41,420 nt of DNA from Bacteroidales bacterium (GTDB lineage: Bacteria > Bacteroidota > Bacteroidia > Bacteroidales > WCHB1-69): positions 1 to 41,420 of the forward strand of contig JAQVNO010000002.1 in NCBI GenBank assembly GCA_028703095.1, given 5' to 3'. Below are positions 37,824-41,420 of this stretch, piece by piece; position 1 is the first letter of the stretch; each line of letters begins with the position of its first letter. The translations under genes and the position numbers were made by a program. Below the pieces are notes generated by a model, which made no database searches, was not told the origin of the DNA, and saw only the letters and a program-made list of their open reading frames with translations.

Positions 37824-40070
37824 ATGAAATTGAATTTTGAATATTTCAAAGACAAAAAAAACATTATTTGGGTGGCATTTTTTGCTGTATTATTGATTGC
37901 AATGATAGGTTTGAGTGTAGGTGCCGGCATGAATGGGGATGAAGAAATGCAAGCAATACAAGCAAATAATGTACTTGAGTATTATAAAAGTTTCGGAAAT
38001 GATACGGCTGCTATCTCTACAACAATAATGAAAAATGACAAGCCTGAATATTGGAACTTGCCTTTGTATGGACAGGTGATAGATAATTTAGCAGGTTTTG
38101 TTGCTCGGGTGTTTGCTATTGAGGATGTGATGATGACACGTCATGTGGTTTGTTCCATTTTCGGATGGTTAGGGATAGTATTTGTTTCTTTATTGACATT
38201 ACGCATTAGCGGTAGCCGCAGAGCAGCAGTATTTGCTGCTTTACTTTTGTTTTTGTCACCGCGATTTCTCGGACATTCGTTTAATAATATCAAAGATGTT
38301 TCTTTTGCCACTGCCATGATGGTGGGAGTGTATTATATTAGCGTTTTCTTGCAAGAGTTTCCTAAAATTAGACGTTCAACATTGATTATGTTGATAATAA
38401 GTATTACATTCGCTATGGCGGTACGTATTCCGGGTATTTTACTGATACCCTATTTTGCTTTGTTTGGATTGGTATTCTTATTTCGAAAATACAAAGAAAA
38501 TGCGATACAAAAGAAAAATGTACAAGGAAAGAAAAAAGTAAGAGTTAACATCCCTAAAGAGCAAACGATATCTTATCTATTTGCCAGGATGTTGAAATAC
38601 GGGTTAGGAATTTCGATTGCTGCTTATGTGTTAATGGTATTTATGTGGCCTTATGCTATTGAAGGTCCTATTGCCCATGTAAAAGAAGCTTTTACGGGGA
38701 TGTCTCAATTTGCAACAGGAATAAGGCAAAATTTTGAAGGCAGCATGCAGTGGTCGGATGCTTTACCTTGGTATTATACCCCGAAATATATACTTCTTAC
38801 AATCCCTATTGCCGTAATTTTAGGTATGATTGTGTATCCTTTTGTAGGAGGCTTGAAAAAAGAAAATCGATTTACTACTTTCATCGTTTATTTTTCGTTT
38901 ATTTTTCCGGTTTTTTGGATAGTGTATACCAATGCAAATGTGTATGGAGGATGGAGACATTCTTTATTTGCGTATTTACCCATGGTTGTAGCTGCAGGAC
39001 TAGGTTTTAATGCTTTGGTGGAGTTAGTAAAAAATAAATATGTAAAAATAGCTTTGACAATTCTCCCTTTCATTATTTTGTTATTGCCATTGACACATAT
39101 TATTAAAAATCACCCTTATGAATATGTTTATTTTAACGAAATGGCAGGAGGAGTAAAAGGAGCTTATGGAGATTATGAATTGGATTACTATTACCATTCT
39201 ACCCGCGAGGCCTCGGAATGGATTATTGAAAATGCCAAAAAATCGGGATTGGAAGCAGGAAACAAAATAATTGTTTCTACGTGGCATCCTGCTTCCGTGG
39301 GCTATTATTTTCGCAAAGATACCAATCGCTTTCAAGTAGGATTTGCTCGATGGTATGAAAAAGGAAATTGGGATTGGGATTATGCTATTTTTGTGATTAC
39401 AGGCATTTCTCCGGATTTGCAAAAGAGCAAACATTTTCCTCCTAAAAATACAGTACATGCGATTGAGGTTGATGGAAAACCCATTTGTTTAATCTTAAAA
39501 CGAACCGATAAATCGGATTTGATTGGCTATGATTTTAAAGAAAAAAAAATGTATGACAGTGCATTAGTTTATTTGAATAAAGCCCTAACGCTTGAACCTG
39601 CAAATGAAGCGGCACTTCTAAATATGATTGAAATATATTTTTCTATGAATCAGTTGGAGAAAGCAAAGACCCATATTGATAAACTGCTTGTTCTCGAACC
39701 ACGCAATGAAGCAGGAAATTTATATTTAATGAATTATTATTTGTATAAAAATCAAGCAGATAAGGCTTTGCAAATTTGTAACTTTATAAAAACCATTAAT
39801 TTTAAAAACCCTCAGGCTTATTTGATGGCAAGTAATATTTATATGAGTAGTGGAAATCTCCGTGCAGCAGAAATGGAGCTTCTTAGTCTGATTGATATGG
39901 GAAGAGTAGATGATCAGGTGGTTCAACTATTATTAAAAATTTATCAATCGCAAGGCTTAAACGAACGGGCATCGTATAAAAAATTATATCAAGTACTTGC
40001 TGAAAGTTTTAAAAATCAAGGTCAAGAAGATTTGTATTATGAGTATCAACAGGCAGCAGAACGGATGTAA
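37824..40070 (+). CDS. GT-C-fold membrane glycosyltransferase (ArnT/PMT-like) with C-terminal TPR domain
   Basis: About 11 TM helices in residues 1-430. There is an acidic GDEE motif in the first periplasmic loop and a LPWYYTPKY loop motif. A soluble domain follows, then about 5 TPR repeats in residues about 565-748 (e.g. YDSALVYLNKALTLEPANEAALLNMIEIYF). The family call is by architecture and not verified by search. Confidence 0.75.
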   Translation: MKLNFEYFKDKKNIIWVAFFAVLLIAMIGLSVGAGMNGDEEMQAIQANNVLEYYKSFGNDTAAISTTIMKNDKPEYWNLPLYGQVIDNLAGFVARVFAIEDVMMTRHVVCSIFGWLGIVFVSLLTLRISGSRRAAVFAALLLFLSPRFLGHSFNNIKDVSFATAMMVGVYYISVFLQEFPKIRRSTLIMLIISITFAMAVRIPGILLIPYFALFGLVFLFRKYKENAIQKKNVQGKKKVRVNIPKEQTISYLFARMLKYGLGISIAAYVLMVFMWPYAIEGPIAHVKEAFTGMSQFATGIRQNFEGSMQWSDALPWYYTPKYILLTIPIAVILGMIVYPFVGGLKKENRFTTFIVYFSFIFPVFWIVYTNANVYGGWRHSLFAYLPMVVAAGLGFNALVELVKNKYVKIALTILPFIILLLPLTHIIKNHPYEYVYFNEMAGGVKGAYGDYELDYYYHSTREASEWIIENAKKSGLEAGNKIIVSTWHPASVGYYFRKDTNRFQVGFARWYEKGNWDWDYAIFVITGISPDLQKSKHFPPKNTVHAIEVDGKPICLILKRTDKSDLIGYDFKEKKMYDSALVYLNKALTLEPANEAALLNMIEIYFSMNQLEKAKTHIDKLLVLEPRNEAGNLYLMNYYLYKNQADKALQICNFIKTINFKNPQAYLMASNIYMSSGNLRAAEMELLSLIDMGRVDDQVVQLLLKIYQSQGLNERASYKKLYQVLAESFKNQGQEDLYYEYQQAAERM

Positions 40071-40166
40071 ATAATACATTTTTCAAAACCAAGGATTTTT
40101 TATAGCTAGTTATTATTAATAAATATTTAAAATTTGTTAATAAGTAATCATTTTAAGCTTAATGGT

Positions 40167-40194
40167 ATGTGTCTTTTTTATATAAAAAACACAT
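40167..40194 (+). terminator. AT-rich hairpin, candidate terminator of the glycan operon
   Basis: atgtgt(c)tttttt - atat - aaaaaacacat, about 12 bp with one bulge, 97 nt after the stop. The trailing U-tract is weak. Confidence 0.4.
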
Positions 40195-40233
40195 AATATT
40201 TTATAAAAAAATGGTTTTTTATAAAAAAAAATA

Positions 40234-40241
40234 TATTTTTG
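40234..40241 (+). promoter_or_regulatory. Candidate -7 box TAttTTTG for the downstream surface-protein gene
   Basis: atatatttttgcattg read directly, about 135 nt upstream of the ATG at 40376. Confidence 0.35.
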
Positions 40242-40375
40242 CATTGTTAAAAGTGAAAATAAATGAAACTAATATTTAAACTTTTACTATCACTTTTTGA
40301 ATATTAAGATTAAAGATTAAAAAAAAATGGCAAAAATAATCTTTTGAATGTAAAAAATTTAAAACCAACGTAAAA

Positions 40376-41420
40376 ATGAAAAGAATTTTATTTGTTATTT
40401 GTTTCGGATTGCTTAGTTATTTTTCACAGGCGCAGTATACAACAGTTGCCAATGAATCATTTACAACTACAATTCCGAGTGGATGGTCGGTAATTCCGAC
40501 AGGAGGATGGGTAATTAACAATACTTTATCAGTGAGTAGCCCTACATCGGCATTGGGTTTTATACCGAATTCCAATGGAGATTCGGTAGAATTAATCAGT
40601 CCGTGGTATGACTTAACAAATTTCGCCTATGCCTTTCTTCAGTTTAGTCAGATTTGTAAAGTAACGTCGAGTGACTTGTGCCAGATTAAATACCAGGAGT
40701 TGGCGATGCCGGGCTGGAAAGTAGTTCCGACGAGCAGTTATCAGGGCAGTGATGCAAGTGCGTATGCAGGAGCGAAATTTAGTCAGCAAAGTTATACGAC
40801 TTGGCAAGCGAACGATTCCTTAGCGACACCGAATAATAGTTGGTGGAAGGAAGAGAGTTTTGATGTATCGGGAGAAGTATCTTATGCCCAAATACGTTTT
40901 AAATTCATCATTAAGAAAGGAAATGTGATAGGATCACAATTTGCCTATGGATGGGCAATAGATAATTTCAAATTATTAGCTTCAGCCAATCCGATACAAC
41001 CGCCGGTAGTTGAGTTTTTATCTTCTTCACCGGTAGATACAGTATATAATACCGGTCCGTTTACAGTAACAGCAAAGATAGCGACTCGAACCTTTGCCCG
41101 CATTGTGCAGCCTGTAAAGTTAAATGTATCGTATACGTATAATAGCATCACCACTTATGATACTTTAACGATGACAATGGTAGAAGGGGATTCTATTTTC
41201 AGTGCGATTATACCGCAAAAAGTATTTGGTACGACCATAACCTATGATGTTCGTGGTGTAGATAGTGTAGGCAATGACGCAACAGCTTATTCGAGTTTTT
41301 ATATAAAAAGAGCAATAGGAGGAGCAGCCACAGGCTATATAATAGCAGGAACGGGAACCCTTACTCAATATTACTCTCCTTTTTATAGATATTATGATTA
41401 CGGATGGTCTCGTAATTTAT
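40376..41420 (+). CDS. Large secreted surface protein, 5' portion only (open to window end), with a possible MAM/choice-of-anchor-J-like N-terminal domain
   Basis: Manual translation from the ATG at 40376 gives signal peptide MKRILFVICFGLLSYFSQAQ. It continues YTTVANESFTTTIPSGWSVIPTGGWVINN... for 348 codons with no stop to the end of the window. It is absent from the ORF track because it has no stop codon. The three minus-strand ORFs listed here are antisense shadows. Confidence 0.75.
   Translation, partial: MKRILFVICFGLLSYFSQAQYTTVANESFTTTIPSGWSVIPTGGWVINNTLSVSSPTSALGFIPNSNGDSVELISPWYDLTNFAYAFLQFSQICKVTSSDLCQIKYQELAMPGWKVVPTSSYQGSDASAYAGAKFSQQSYTTWQANDSLATPNNSWWKEESFDVSGEVSYAQIRFKFIIKKGNVIGSQFAYGWAIDNFKLLASANPIQPPVVEFLSSSPVDTVYNTGPFTVTAKIATRTFARIVQPVKLNVSYTYNSITTYDTLTMTMVEGDSIFSAIIPQKVFGTTITYDVRGVDSVGNDATAYSSFYIKRAIGGAATGYIIAGTGTLTQYYSPFYRYYDYGWSRNL

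Noticed and set aside
38750-39458. ORFs of 86 aa (+), 61 aa (-) and 125 aa (-) inside the GT-C gene
   Set aside because: They are alternative-frame or antisense ORFs within a long membrane-protein gene and have no features of their own.
40613-41368. Three minus-strand ORFs (64, 69 and 67 aa) at the window end
   Set aside because: They are antisense to a continuous 348-codon plus-strand frame that has a signal peptide.

Overview
This is a low-GC bacterial chromosomal segment, roughly one-third G+C by eye, and almost certainly Bacteroidota (Bacteroidales-like). The taxonomic call rests on recurring Bacteroides-type -7 boxes (TAnnTTTG) in front of transcription units and on gene content: MoxR-DUF58 (Bat-type operon head), RnfB-like protein, TonB-dependent receptor, PorT-like beta-barrel and rubrerythrin. 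I count about 40 protein genes and one tRNA (initiator tRNA-fMet). I saw no rRNA, CRISPR array, transposase, integrase or phage genes.

Most of the window is housekeeping: EF-G-family GTPase (partial), sufS, dnaK, grpE-dnaJ, rnr, nadD, transketolase N-subunit, rubrerythrin, a small ferredoxin missed by the ORF track, gyrA, pdxJ, truB and an MltD-like lytic transglycosylase.

The accessory-looking parts are:
1. An eight-gene operon at 31.36-40.07 kb. It joins a CDP-3,6-dideoxyhexose pathway (rfbF, rfbG, frameshifted rfbH, RmlC-like epimerase, SDR reductase) to a GT2, a GtrB/ArnC-like polyprenyl-phosphate glycosyltransferase and a GT-C membrane glycosyltransferase with C-terminal TPR repeats. 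This is my best candidate for an undescribed system.
2. A two-gene cassette at 13.35-14.54 kb: a MauE/DoxX-thioredoxin fusion membrane protein plus a small cysteine-rich lipoprotein.
3. A MoxR-DUF58 pair followed by non-Bat genes.
4. A 5'-partial large secreted surface protein at the window end.

Caveats: all family assignments come from motif recognition by eye, with no searches run. Hand-located small features (promoters, hairpins, tRNA ends) are good to about +/-2 nt. Around 17.50-17.53 kb and 18.36-18.48 kb my manual base counting differed by 1 nt from the ORF track, and I followed the ORF track.
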